From the NCBI GenBank assembly GCA_020632155.1, contig JACKGE010000001.1, forward strand, positions 156,011-220,010: a DNA stretch of 64,000 nucleotides. The letters run 5' to 3'. Positions 1-9,330 of this stretch are shown here, piece after piece. The notes under the pieces are model-generated. The model had not been told where the DNA came from. It ran no database searches and saw only the letters and a program-made list of their open reading frames with translations. Position 1 is the stretch's first letter; the number at the start of each line of letters is the position of its first letter. The DNA is from Candidatus Nomurabacteria bacterium (GTDB taxonomy: Bacteria; Patescibacteriota; Minisyncoccia; Phycocordibacterales; UBA918). The translations under genes were made by a program, and so were the position numbers.

Positions 1-1
1 G

Positions 2-175
2 ACCAGCAAGGAGGAAACTGATGTTGTTGAGGATGAGCCAACTGGTGACCGCGATGTCAAAGACTTTGATGAAGAGGAAGAAATAGACACTCCGGAAGAA
101 GCCGAGGAACTCATGAATGAAGAGGCCGACGAAGCTGAAGCGGCTGAGGAGGACTCTGAAACAAAAGAAGCCTAA
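2..175 (+). CDS. 3' end of a CDS with a highly acidic C-terminal tail (…EEEIDTPEEAEELMNEEADEAEAAEEDSETKEA*); product unknown
   Basis: Open frame from the window edge to TAA at 173-175; acidic low-complexity tail. Confidence 0.35.
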   Translation, partial: TSKEETDVVEDEPTGDRDVKDFDEEEEIDTPEEAEELMNEEADEAEAAEEDSETKEA

Positions 176-191
176 CAGTTAGAATTAATCT

Positions 192-1118
192 GTGCCTATG
201 ATAAAAGTTTTTGGACACCAATCCCCTGACACTGATGCCACTTGCTCAGCCATTATCTGGGCGTGGTATCTAAATACCCACACGGCTCTTGAGGCCAAGG
301 CGTACGTACTTGGAGAGCTTAATTCTGAAACTCAGTTCGTACTCAGTCACTGGTCAGTTGACACTCCAGAGCTTCTGGAATCAGTGAACAGCGAAGACAA
401 GGTTGTTATCGTCGACACCAACAATCCGCAAGAGTTGTTTGACAACATTAACGATACTGAGGTGCTACAGATCATTGACCACCACAAGCTCGCCGGCGGG
501 TTAACAACCGACCTACCGGCAGAGATAACCGTCCGACCACTCGCATCTACCGCATCTGTCATGTACGACCGTATGGGTGAACACACAAAAGAACTGCCAA
601 GTGAGATAGCGGGACTTGTACTTTCGTGTATCCTCTCAGACACACTTGAATTCCGTAGTCCAACCACGACACCACATGACAAGGACATTGCTGAACAGTT
701 GGCTGCGCAGCTTGGCGTCGACATCAGCAAATACGCTGGCGAGATGTTTGCTGCCAAGTCTGACATCTCTAGCTTTACTGATATCGGCCTCATTAAGCTG
801 GACAGTAAAAAATATGCTGTTGGCGAAAAGAACTTCCGCATATCAGTGGTTGAGACAACTGACCCTGCCTCCGTCCTAGAGCGTAAAGCAGGCATCATCA
901 CCGCGATACAGGAAGTGTGTGCGGAAGAGGAAGACACCGACGAAGTATTATTCTTTATTGTCGATATCTTGAACGAAGAGGCTACGGTACTCACGTACAA
1001 CGAACTCACTCGTCAAGTGATCACAAATTCTTTTGGGGTTGCTACAGAGGGAGACACTGAAATCCTACCGGGGATCGTTTCTCGAAAGAAACAGATCCTA
1101 CCCGCGCTTAAAGCGTAA
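192..1118 (+). CDS. ppaC: Manganese-dependent inorganic pyrophosphatase (DHH/DHHA2 family)
   Basis: The N-terminus MIKVFGHQSPDTDATCSAI and the C-terminal VSRKKQILPALK closely resemble Bacillus PpaC ([21 protein letters not shown] … VVSRKKQVVPVL). Confidence 0.85.
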   Translation: MPMIKVFGHQSPDTDATCSAIIWAWYLNTHTALEAKAYVLGELNSETQFVLSHWSVDTPELLESVNSEDKVVIVDTNNPQELFDNINDTEVLQIIDHHKLAGGLTTDLPAEITVRPLASTASVMYDRMGEHTKELPSEIAGLVLSCILSDTLEFRSPTTTPHDKDIAEQLAAQLGVDISKYAGEMFAAKSDISSFTDIGLIKLDSKKYAVGEKNFRISVVETTDPASVLERKAGIITAIQEVCAEEEDTDEVLFFIVDILNEEATVLTYNELTRQVITNSFGVATEGDTEILPGIVSRKKQILPALKA

Positions 1119-1181
1119 AAAAGATGTATGTGTACACCCGCCGTGGCCAGAGGGCCACGGCGGGTTTATACTTAAGACATT

Positions 1182-1742
1182 ATGCCAAGGGGAATGTCTT
1201 TGTTTTTTTCTGTTGCAGCTACAGTGGCGTTGTTTGGTTTTGGGGTACAGCATATACAAGCGCAGTCTGAGCCAGTAACCACTGGCCTTTCGGCCTCTGC
1301 ACAAGAGCGAATCACCAACTTAGTGGCCAATATGAGCAATCGCTTTGATGCCACTATTGTTCGCCTTGATAATATTGCTAATCGTCTTGACGCACGATTG
1401 GAAAAGGAGGCGGCCGGTGGCGTCAACGTAACGGCTAGTCGCAGCCACCTAGAAGCGGCGCGCATTGCCTTAGAGAATGCTAAGCAAAAAGCCAGTGAAA
1501 CGGATACGATGGCCGCAACAACAGTCACCTCTCTGGAACCACGCCTTAAGTGGAGCGGCCTTCGCGCGCACCTCTTGTCGATAAAACAATTAGTTATTGA
1601 GGCGCACAGCGAACTCTTACGCAGTGTTGCAACCCTCAAAAATCCACCAGAGGCTACAACAACCACAGCTAGTTCAACCGCGAGCACCAGTGCGAGTTCT
1701 GCTGATACCATAGCTCCCGAGTCAGAAGAGACAATTATTTAA
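1182..1742 (+). CDS. Hypothetical secreted protein: signal peptide plus coiled-coil and Ser/Thr-rich tail
   Basis: N-terminal hydrophobic signal (LFFSVAATVALFGFGVQHIQAQS); chosen over the antisense ORF 1172..1711. Confidence 0.5.
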   Translation: MPRGMSLFFSVAATVALFGFGVQHIQAQSEPVTTGLSASAQERITNLVANMSNRFDATIVRLDNIANRLDARLEKEAAGGVNVTASRSHLEAARIALENAKQKASETDTMAATTVTSLEPRLKWSGLRAHLLSIKQLVIEAHSELLRSVATLKNPPEATTTTASSTASTSASSADTIAPESEETII

Positions 1743-2153
1743 ATGAACATGGACGAGAAACAGTTTGACAACATCTATAACTTACCCGAAGACCAGATAC
1801 ACCTCCCTGATAGTGAGGTACTGGAAACAGAGCCAACGACCGGAAGACTACCGATGACCATTATCCTAATTGGTCTTGTTATTATTCTCATTGGTATTTT
1901 GGGTGGCCTGATCTGGTGGGGGCGGGAGTTACTCTTGCAAAGTACACCGCCAGCGGTGGTGCCGATAGCGACTCGCCCAACCGCCGAGGAAAATAACGAG
2001 CCGGAAAGTACCAAAGCAGAGGCTGAGGTGGAGACCCTTGGCGCTATGAGTACCTCCGACGAGATAGACGCCATTGAGTCAGACCTCATTGGCACCAACG
2101 TTGATTCCCTTGATGCTGAACTCCCTGCCATCGAAGCAGAACTGGAAAATTAG
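1743..2153 (+). CDS. Hypothetical single-pass membrane protein
   Basis: One TM segment (MTIILIGLVIILIGILGGLIWW); starts at the stop of the previous gene; acidic C-terminus. Confidence 0.5.
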   Translation: MNMDEKQFDNIYNLPEDQIHLPDSEVLETEPTTGRLPMTIILIGLVIILIGILGGLIWWGRELLLQSTPPAVVPIATRPTAEENNEPESTKAEAEVETLGAMSTSDEIDAIESDLIGTNVDSLDAELPAIEAELEN

Positions 2154-2257
2154 AACCGTCTGGAAAATTTGGGCTGAGTGTGTTTTAATGCCCCGACTGT
2201 TGCGACATGGTGACCATGTCGCTCTTTCAACTTTCAGTTTTAAACTTCGAATATACT

Positions 2258-3427
2258 ATGGATTTTGTGAAACAATTTACAATCGAAAAACAAGACGGGA
2301 GTCAGGTACAGATAACCGGCGAGATACCCTTTACTGAGCTCGCAAAACATCGTGCTAGCGCTATTGCAGCCCTTGGTAAAGACATTGAGATTGACGGCTT
2401 CCGCAAAGGGCACGTACCGGAGAAGGTTCTTGTGGAGAAACTTGGCGAGATGCGTATCCTGAGCGAAATGGCTGAGCGCACTCTTGCCAAGGTCTACCCT
2501 GAAGCGGTCAAGGAACATAACCTAGAGGTCATTGGTTATCCGCAAGTATCAATTACTAAACTTGCACCTGATAATCCAATGGGCTTTACCGCTACCGTAG
2601 CAGTCGTGCCTGAGATTACTTTGCCTGATTATAAAAAGACCGCTGCGGAGGTTAATAAGGATAAAGCCTCAGTTGAGGTAACCGATGCTGATGTTGAAGA
2701 TCAAATCAAAGACATCATGCGCCAAAAGATTGCCTACGAACGCCTGCAGAAGAAGGCTGCCGCTGGTGCTAAACACGTACACGAAGACGGTACGGTGCAT
2801 GACGGTCCCGCTCATGGTGAAGGAACTACCGATTTACCAACTCCAGAGAGCGAAGCTGCTAAGGAGGAAGAGGAGGAATTTGATCCAGAGAAGATTGAAC
2901 TGCCGGAGCTAACAGATGAGTACGTAAAGGAACTTGGACAACCGGGGCAATTTGAGACCGTAGCTGACTTCAAGGCGAAGCTCCGCGAACACCTAGAAAT
3001 TGAGAAAAAACGTGAGGTTGAAGCCGCGCACCGCGCGAAACTGACCGACAAGATAATTGAAGATAGTACGTTTGCCCTGCCGCAGGTACTTATTGATTCA
3101 GAGATCAACCAAATGTTCGCGCAAATGGAGGAGGACCTCAAGCGAGCCAACTTGAAGATGGACGACTACCTCTCACATATCAAGAAGACCAAAGAGAACC
3201 TTATCAAAGAATGGACACCGGCTGCTGAAAAGCGAGCTCGTCTCCAACTCGTCCTCAATGAAATTGCAAAACGGGAAGATGTCACCCCAGACAAAGAGCA
3301 ACTTGATACGCAAGTGAAACAACTTCTGGAGCAGTACAAAGACGCTGATGAAGCTCGCGTACGGGTCTACGTCGCCAGCGTCATGATGAACGAAGCGGTA
3401 ATGAAAATGCTCGAAGAACAAAAGTAA
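2258..3427 (+). CDS. tig: Trigger factor, short form (ribosome-binding domain plus chaperone domain)
   Basis: The IDGFRKGHVPEKVL motif matches the trigger-factor signature IDGFRKGKVP; start chosen at MDFVKQ (2258) instead of the ORF-track start 2207. Confidence 0.75.
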   Translation: MDFVKQFTIEKQDGSQVQITGEIPFTELAKHRASAIAALGKDIEIDGFRKGHVPEKVLVEKLGEMRILSEMAERTLAKVYPEAVKEHNLEVIGYPQVSITKLAPDNPMGFTATVAVVPEITLPDYKKTAAEVNKDKASVEVTDADVEDQIKDIMRQKIAYERLQKKAAAGAKHVHEDGTVHDGPAHGEGTTDLPTPESEAAKEEEEEFDPEKIELPELTDEYVKELGQPGQFETVADFKAKLREHLEIEKKREVEAAHRAKLTDKIIEDSTFALPQVLIDSEINQMFAQMEEDLKRANLKMDDYLSHIKKTKENLIKEWTPAAEKRARLQLVLNEIAKREDVTPDKEQLDTQVKQLLEQYKDADEARVRVYVASVMMNEAVMKMLEEQK

Positions 3428-3442
3428 CCAACCGCAAAAAAG

Positions 3443-3480
3443 AAAATCACCTGCCGCTACATGGGCAGGTGATTTTCTTT
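3443..3480 (+). terminator. Rho-independent terminator after tig
   Basis: aaaatcacctgcc/ggcaggtgatttt hairpin followed by a T-run. Confidence 0.7.
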
Positions 3481-3516
3481 TACGCCGAATTTTGCTAGAG
3501 TAACCTCGTTACCGTA

Positions 3517-4143
3517 ATGACAGAAAACATTAATTTGAACTATATGGAAAAAAATGAACAGATACAGAGCCAGTTAGTGCCGATGGTGATCGAAAAGACC
3601 CAAGGTGGTGAACGTGCTTTCGATATTTACTCCCGTCTCCTTAAAGAGCGCATCGTCTTTGTGACCGGCGGTATTGAAGATCATATGGCCAATTTGGTCG
3701 TAGCGCAGCTACTATTCCTTGAGTCAGAGGACCCGAAGAAAGACATTTTCCTTTATATAAATTCACCGGGGGGTAGTGTCACTGCCGGCCTCTCCATTGT
3801 CGACACGATGAACCACATCAAACCAGACGTGGTGACAGTCTGTACCGGTATGGCTGCATCAATGGGTTCAATCATCCTTTCTCAGGGCAAGAAGGGTAAG
3901 CGTGCGATTTTGCCAAACGCTGAAGTGATGATCCACCAACCGTGGGGTGGGGCGCAGGGACAAGCCAGTGACATTGAGATCACAGCCCGTCATATCCTAA
4001 AAACTCGCGACACGCTGAATAAAATGCTTGCTAAAGCCACTGGCCAGAAACTAGCCCAAATCGAGAAAGACACCGACCGCGACTTCTTCATGGACGCTGA
4101 GGAATCCAAAAAATACGGTATTGTCGATGTGATCTTTAAATAA
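3517..4143 (+). CDS. clpP: ATP-dependent Clp protease proteolytic subunit
   Basis: Strong similarity to ClpP ([14 protein letters not shown]…[14 protein letters not shown]…YINSPGG…MIHQP); the start could instead be the downstream MEKNEQ. Confidence 0.9.
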   Translation: MTENINLNYMEKNEQIQSQLVPMVIEKTQGGERAFDIYSRLLKERIVFVTGGIEDHMANLVVAQLLFLESEDPKKDIFLYINSPGGSVTAGLSIVDTMNHIKPDVVTVCTGMAASMGSIILSQGKKGKRAILPNAEVMIHQPWGGAQGQASDIEITARHILKTRDTLNKMLAKATGQKLAQIEKDTDRDFFMDAEESKKYGIVDVIFK

Positions 4144-4309
4144 GTTTTTAAAGATCACTCAGACAATAAGGCAGAGCGCTGTGAGGAGCGGCTTTAGCCC
4201 GCCGCGACGATCCGCGAGTCCGGGGAGAAAGTTCTTAGTATAAATTTATATAAAATATAAATTTTACTTAGAAACTTGACCCTTGTTGACCAAATCACCA
4301 AACATCAAT

Positions 4310-4349
4310 CCTAACAAAATACTCCAGTTAACTGGAGTATTTTGTTAGG
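4310..4349. terminator. Bidirectional hairpin terminator between clpP (+) and the methyltransferase gene (-)
   Basis: Perfect 18 bp inverted repeat cctaacaaaatactccag ttaa ctggagtattttgttagg. Confidence 0.7.
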
Positions 4350-4367
4350 TCAAATCATGACTCGACA

Positions 4368-4862
4368 TCAACCATTTTTTATTACAAAGGTATTTATGTG
4401 CCAAAATTTTTCCTCTCCTGCATATGTGTTTCCGTATTGAAAAGCCTCGGAGTGATGACGTATAGTCTCTGGCTTAAACATACTTAGAACTTCGTTGTGA
4501 GATAAGGTACTTACCTGACCAGCCCAATCATCTTTTGGTCCAAAACAAGTAAAAACAAACACCTTAGAGATAGCATTTAGCTTTTCAATGATTGTTTTAG
4601 GATGGTCAAGATGATGCAAAACATGACGACACACTGTAATGTCATATGTTTTATTGTTTTTTATCAAAAATTCCTCGACATTGATCTTTTCATAGTTAAC
4701 TCCTGTGGGAACCACTTCCAAATCCATAACGTCAATAGCGTCCACCTCCATGCCTATATCAACAAACTTTGATGCGTAAAAACCGTCTTTTGTACCAACA
4801 TCAAGTAGGGTTTTATTCCCTTTAAGTAAGCCGAGTTCTTTGAGCAAGATTAACGGACTCAT
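4368..4862 (-). CDS. Small class I SAM-dependent methyltransferase-like protein; AT-rich gene
   Basis: LLDVGTKDGFYA resembles the glycine-rich SAM-binding motif I; markedly lower GC than its neighbours; bracketed by two bidirectional hairpins. Confidence 0.45.
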   Translation of the reverse strand: MSPLILLKELGLLKGNKTLLDVGTKDGFYASKFVDIGMEVDAIDVMDLEVVPTGVNYEKINVEEFLIKNNKTYDITVCRHVLHHLDHPKTIIEKLNAISKVFVFTCFGPKDDWAGQVSTLSHNEVLSMFKPETIRHHSEAFQYGNTYAGEEKFWHINTFVIKNG

Positions 4863-5017
4863 ATCTCTAGTATACCAAAACGAAGCACCCCCCTACTGTC
4901 TCTCAAAAGCTCTTGGGGCGTAGTTGCTATCTCTTGGGATTCTGGTACTGTTCATGTACTGACTGTAATTCAGGAACAAACACAACCGGAGCATTTTATT
5001 CAACTTAGTACCAAACC

Positions 5018-6547
5018 ATGCCGCCACAGTTTCCACTGCTGACACTGGCACTGACTTTGGCACTCGGTCTAGCGGCAGGCTACTACCTCCGCTACCTCCA
5101 CGCACTTTCAAAACGATCATCTCTCGAAATCGACATCAAGGAACGAGAGCTTGTAGCCGAAGAAAAAGCCATAAAGATAATCGAAAAGGCTGAAGAAAAA
5201 GCTGAAGAGATAGAACGAGCTGCTAAAGCTGACAGCAAAGCAATCCAAGAAAAGATACAACACAAAGAAGACCGTCTCGAAAAACGAGAGGAGCTTCTTG
5301 ATAGTCGCCAAATTGACCTCGATTCTCAAGTTGAGGCCGTTCGCGCCAAGATCGAAGAGGTAAAATCCATCAAAACACAGCTCGATGAACGCAAAACCGA
5401 GATTGATGCCACATTAGAAAGCGTTGCAGGCCTCAGCAAAGAAGACGCCTACACGCAGCTCATCGAAAAGATCGAGACTGACCGTGAAAACGACCTCGTC
5501 GAGCGAATTCGTAAACTCGACCTTGCGAGCGATGATGCCTACGAGGAAAAAGCACGTAACCTACTTCTTTCTGCTATTCACCGCGTGGGTAACAACCTAC
5601 CAACCAACGTTATGACCGCCAGCGTTGAGCTACCAAGTGACGACCTCAAGGGCAAAGTTATCGGAAAAGAAGGTCGTAACGTACGCACGTTTGAGCGCAT
5701 CACCGGTGTTGACGTACTTATCGACGACACCCCTGGGTATATCGTCCTCTCGTCATTTGATCCAATTCGCCGTGAGATTGCCCGCGTAGCGCTCGAAAAA
5801 CTACTTAAAGACGGTCGCATCCAGCCCGCCAAGATTGAGGAGTATGTCGAAGCAGCCCGCAAAGAAGTCGCTAAAACTGTTAAACAAATGGGTGAGAAGG
5901 CTGCTTATGAAGCCGGCGTACCAAATCTCCATCCTGAGCTCGTTACCATCCTCGGCCGTCTACACTTCCGTACCAGCTACGGACAGAACGTCCTTTGGCA
6001 CTCAGTTGAAATGGCACATATTGCTGCCATTATTGCTGAAGAAGTGGGTGCTGACGTTGCTGTTGCCCGCGCTGGAGCACTCCTTCACGACATTGGTAAG
6101 ACCGTTAGTCATGAAGTACCGGGCACACACGTGGAGATCGGTATCCGTATTCTAGAGAAATACGGCGTTGATGAGGCAGTTATTCTGGCAATGCGCGCCC
6201 ACCATGAAGAGTATCCGTACGAAACACCGGAATCTATCATCGTGCAGGTTGCTGACGCTATTTCCGGAGGACGCCCCGGAGCCCGTCGCGATTCGATTGA
6301 GAACTACATCAAGCGCCTCACAGACCTTGAGTCTATCGCTACCGGTCTCGCCGGCGTGGAGAAGGCCTTTGCTATTGCTGCTGGTCGCGAGGTGCGCGTA
6401 CTTGTAAATCCAGCCCAGCTCGATGAGCTTGGCTCACACGAATTGGCGCGCACAATTGCCGCCACTATTGAAGAACGCTTGCGTTACCCTGGCGAAATTA
6501 AGGTACATGTTATCCGTGAGACCCGCGTGGTCAGTTACGCACGGTAA
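5018..6547 (+). CDS. rny: Ribonuclease Y (N-terminal TM, coiled coil, KH domain, HD domain)
   Basis: KGKVIGKEGRNVRTFERITGVDVLIDDTPG (KH domain) and LLHDIGK / HH (HD domain). Confidence 0.9.
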   Translation: MPPQFPLLTLALTLALGLAAGYYLRYLHALSKRSSLEIDIKERELVAEEKAIKIIEKAEEKAEEIERAAKADSKAIQEKIQHKEDRLEKREELLDSRQIDLDSQVEAVRAKIEEVKSIKTQLDERKTEIDATLESVAGLSKEDAYTQLIEKIETDRENDLVERIRKLDLASDDAYEEKARNLLLSAIHRVGNNLPTNVMTASVELPSDDLKGKVIGKEGRNVRTFERITGVDVLIDDTPGYIVLSSFDPIRREIARVALEKLLKDGRIQPAKIEEYVEAARKEVAKTVKQMGEKAAYEAGVPNLHPELVTILGRLHFRTSYGQNVLWHSVEMAHIAAIIAEEVGADVAVARAGALLHDIGKTVSHEVPGTHVEIGIRILEKYGVDEAVILAMRAHHEEYPYETPESIIVQVADAISGGRPGARRDSIENYIKRLTDLESIATGLAGVEKAFAIAAGREVRVLVNPAQLDELGSHELARTIAATIEERLRYPGEIKVHVIRETRVVSYAR

Positions 6548-6563
6548 ATCGTACACACATAAC

Positions 6564-6593
6564 AAAGGCCGGCACGTAGTGCCGGCCTTTGTT
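6564..6593 (+). terminator. Terminator after rny
   Basis: aaaggccggcac gtag tgccggccttt hairpin. Confidence 0.7.
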
Positions 6594-6661
6594 ATGCCCA
6601 TACAAAATACACAAGTGGGCTGGATGGGTGTATGGTTTGATTAAGAAAGGAGCCTCTAGCC

Positions 6662-6814
6662 ATGGCAAAACAATGTTTTCACTGCCAAGGCAAAGAGCGA
6701 GTTCTTTGGCCTTGGAACCCGTGGGTGATAGTCGGGTGTGTAGCCATCGGGGCACCGGTTCCAACTTGGTGCTACATCGATCTTCCCTGTCTGCACGTTG
6801 ATCATTGGAGATAA
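6662..6814 (+). CDS. Small 50-aa Cys/Trp-rich ORF (MAKQCFHCQGKERVLWPWNPWVIVGCVAIGAPVPTWCYIDLPCLHVDHWR), absent from the ORF track because it is under 60 aa
   Basis: AAAGGAG Shine-Dalgarno 9 nt upstream of the ATG; followed by a tandem hairpin terminator; N-terminal CxxC. Confidence 0.35.
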   Translation: MAKQCFHCQGKERVLWPWNPWVIVGCVAIGAPVPTWCYIDLPCLHVDHWR

Positions 6815-6842
6815 CGTCTGGGCGACCCATCGCCCAGACACC

Positions 6843-6865
6843 GCCGCTCCCGAGCGGCGTTTTCT
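6843..6865 (+). terminator. Hairpin plus T-tract terminator abutting the pheA stop; preceded by a second hairpin at 6816-6839
   Basis: gccgctc ccga gcggc gtttt; upstream gtctgggcga ccca tcgcccagac. Confidence 0.55.
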
Positions 6866-7685
6866 ATACTTTATAACTACCGAGCACTTTAGCTTGGCAG
6901 CCGATGGCCTGAAGACGCTTCAGAGCAAACTCGGTACGTTCTTCATGAAGTCCAGCCTCTATGTCAATGTAAAACATATAGCGGCGAGTATCAGACGGTA
7001 TCGGGTGGCTATGCAGGCGCGAGAGATTTATGCCTGCTTTAGCAAAGATGCCAAGCGCGTGATAGAGATCACCCTCCTCGTTACCAGTTACCAATATGAG
7101 GAGTGTTCGGTTGGCGTCAGGTGTATCGAGGCGCTCTTTCTGCAGTAGTACGAAGCGAGTGTAATTGTGCTTATCATCATTGATCGGTCCAGCCAGTATT
7201 TCACCTCCGTACACTTCTTGTGCATGTTTACCAGCAATCGCTATACAATCGGGATTATTTTCGTCCACTACCGTCTGAAGGCTATAAGCTGTGTCAAACA
7301 TTTCAACGCGGCGTGCTAGTGGCAAATGCTCCATGAGCCAACGGTCACACTGGGCAAAGGCCGGAAACATGGTTCTAACTTCAGTCTTTTCTGTGTTCAG
7401 CTCATCGAGACTGCGTTGACTGGCACCGATAAGATACTGTTCTATTTCTAAAGTAGTCTCGCCTGCTACCCACAACTTAGTCTGCTGTAAAAGGCCATAA
7501 ATCGGGTTAATAGAGCCGTGTAAACTGTTTTCGATAGCTACTACACCAAATTCTGCTTCAGTTTCGACTGCAGTGAACACATCATGAAATGAGGTACACT
7601 CCAGCACTTCTGCCTCAGGAACGAGCAGTGCCGCCGCTTCGTCGTGGAAAGAACCACGCACACCTTGGATAGCCACTTTTGACAT
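6864..7685 (-). CDS. pheA: Prephenate dehydratase (PDT domain plus ACT domain)
   Basis: Domain architecture and motifs (TRFVLL, ACT-like C-terminus) typical of PheA. Confidence 0.75.
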   Translation of the reverse strand: MSKVAIQGVRGSFHDEAAALLVPEAEVLECTSFHDVFTAVETEAEFGVVAIENSLHGSINPIYGLLQQTKLWVAGETTLEIEQYLIGASQRSLDELNTEKTEVRTMFPAFAQCDRWLMEHLPLARRVEMFDTAYSLQTVVDENNPDCIAIAGKHAQEVYGGEILAGPINDDKHNYTRFVLLQKERLDTPDANRTLLILVTGNEEGDLYHALGIFAKAGINLSRLHSHPIPSDTRRYMFYIDIEAGLHEERTEFALKRLQAIGCQAKVLGSYKV

Positions 7686-7941
7686 CGCCGCATTCTAGCA
7701 CAAGTTGTATGTCAGCAGCAGCGGTAATGGCATTAAAAACCACAACACACAAAAACGTTTCCACAAGTCATTGCAGGCAAAAAACCTTGCTATATAATGT
7801 TCCTAAGCCATTAGTACGGCACGTGACGTAACTAGAGTCTGTCAGTCGACAAACTCAGACATTGCGACACACATAATTACACGCAGGCGAGCACGCATCA
7901 TCATAACGATATGTGCTCCAGATAACTGTTAGACAAAACAT

Positions 7942-8214
7942 ATGAACAAAGCAGATATCATCAACAAAGTGCACGAGGAGCTTGGCACCACAAAGGCCGA
8001 CGCAGAACGTGCAGTTGAGACCATGATCAACTCTATCGTTGATACTCTTAAGAGTGGCAACGAAGTTTCAATTGCTGGTCTTGGTATCTTTTCTGCAAAG
8101 ATGCGTAACGCTCGCACCGCTCGAAACCCTCGCACTGGTGAATCAATCGAGGTTCCTGCAATGCGCGTGCCGAAGTTCCGCGCTGCTAAGGCGCTCAAGG
8201 ACGCTGTCAAATAA
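7942..8214 (+). CDS. hup: DNA-binding protein HU
   Basis: MNKADIINKV…GFGxF…RNPRTGE signature of the HU/IHF family. Confidence 0.9.
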   Translation: MNKADIINKVHEELGTTKADAERAVETMINSIVDTLKSGNEVSIAGLGIFSAKMRNARTARNPRTGESIEVPAMRVPKFRAAKALKDAVK

Positions 8215-8236
8215 ACCGCAGGTTTATTTGAGCGAG

Positions 8237-8269
8237 AAAAACCAGAGCCATGGCTCTGGTTTTTCTTTT
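8237..8269 (+). terminator. Terminator after hup
   Basis: aaaaaccagagcca/tggctctggttttt hairpin plus T-run. Confidence 0.75.
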
Positions 8270-8332
8270 GTATCGTACGAATGTGTGTAATCTATAGACA
8301 ATAATACGACACTGACATGCTATACTATAGGG

Positions 8333-8443
8333 GTAGCGGGAGGTATTACCTCGAAAGAGGTTTAACGCTACTGGTGGAGCTCTTTAACTCCACTATTTCC
8401 CATCACACACAGCAAAAGCGCCCTTCGGGGCGCTTTTGCTTTT
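8333..8443 (+). ncRNA. Candidate small RNA of unknown family, roughly 110 nt
   Basis: TATACT -10 box at 8327-8332; internal hairpins (acctc gaaa gaggt; ggag…ctcc); a strong intrinsic terminator gcaaaagcgccc ttcg gggcgcttttgc plus TTTT at 8412-8443; no ORF in the region. Confidence 0.3.
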
Positions 8444-8516
8444 AGCTCAAAAACAGAAAACGCCCACGGGCAGGCGATTTCCGTAGACGCTATTATTGTA
8501 GGAATCAAATGGCAAC

Positions 8517-9002
8517 CTAGTTTCGTTGCCAACTGATGAACTCTTGATGGAATTGCTGATATGCAGGAATCCTGAACGATGCGGTAGTGTCTACGACGTC
8601 GTCAAAATCCATATATGCCACTTGAAGAAATTCGTTATCGACAGGATTGTTCAGCGTTGCATCACCTAAGTACTCGAAGACAAACCATTTCTGCGTCTGC
8701 CCTCGTCCGTGAAAGGAAGTCGGTTCGGGTAGTTCATACGAGATCCATCCGGAGGACACAAACAACAGGGAATCCTCGGCCAGAATAATACCAGTCTCTT
8801 CCCTCACCTCAGTAAGGGCGGCCTGTATTGGTGTCTGATTCTCCTCAATTCCCCCTTGGGGAAATTGCCAAGTGCCTGCGGGAGGTTTGGCGCGTTCACC
8901 AGCAAGGAATTTGTTCGTATGCGGATTATAAAGAACCGCAACGATGCCAGCTCTGAAGAATGACACCGAAGATCTCGTCTGTGGAGGAACACGTCCTGAC
9001 AT
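8517..9002 (-). CDS. NUDIX hydrolase
   Basis: Nudix box GGIEENQTPIQAALTEVREETGI. Confidence 0.8.
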   Translation of the reverse strand: MSGRVPPQTRSSVSFFRAGIVAVLYNPHTNKFLAGERAKPPAGTWQFPQGGIEENQTPIQAALTEVREETGIILAEDSLLFVSSGWISYELPEPTSFHGRGQTQKWFVFEYLGDATLNNPVDNEFLQVAYMDFDDVVDTTASFRIPAYQQFHQEFISWQRN

Positions 9003-9112
9003 AGTCTACTCCCTTTCTGGGTTTGGTTGATGAAAAGAGGAACTTAACAAGCCAAAAGGCTTCGATTTCAAACCGAACATTATTATAAAAATAATAGTAT
9101 GTAAAGTATCTG

Positions 9113-9183
9113 TGCGGGTGAGAAGAATCGAACTCCCGACCTCTGCTTGGAAGGCAGATGTTTTACCACTAAACTACACCCGC
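9113..9183 (-). tRNA. tRNA-Gly (anticodon UCC); CCA not encoded
   Basis: The reverse complement folds as GCGGGTG…CTTCCAA…TTCGATT…CACCCGC-A; anticodon loop cTTCCaa. Confidence 0.85.
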
Positions 9184-9330
9184 AAGTGAGAAACGATATA
9201 AAAGTTTACTTTTATATTAGTTCCGAACGCCGCGGTTGCAAGCTTTGCTTACACCCGCAAGTGAGGCAGATTCTAGCATTCTTAACGGACTCTGACCAGT
9301 CTTAAGAAAATCCTTGTTATACTGCATACG

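Noticed and set aside
347-1009. 220-aa ORF antisense to ppaC (and similar antisense ORFs at 1172-1711, 1775-2131, 2240-2518 and 2812-3150)
   Set aside because: These are fully embedded opposite well-supported genes. They have no RBS, and their low-complexity Ser/Thr/Ala-rich translations are typical of shadow ORFs.
4150-4260. RNase P RNA-like word (gagtccggggag) downstream of clpP
   Set aside because: It is a single 8-nt resemblance to the P4 region with no surrounding conserved helices, and the space between the genes is too short for an RNase P RNA.
6531-6830. ORFs 6531-6830 (-), 6589-6801 (+) and 6656-6841 (-) in the rny-pheA spacer
   Set aside because: They run through the rny terminator hairpin and have no RBS. 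The only ORF with translation signals there is the 50-aa frame 6662-6814.
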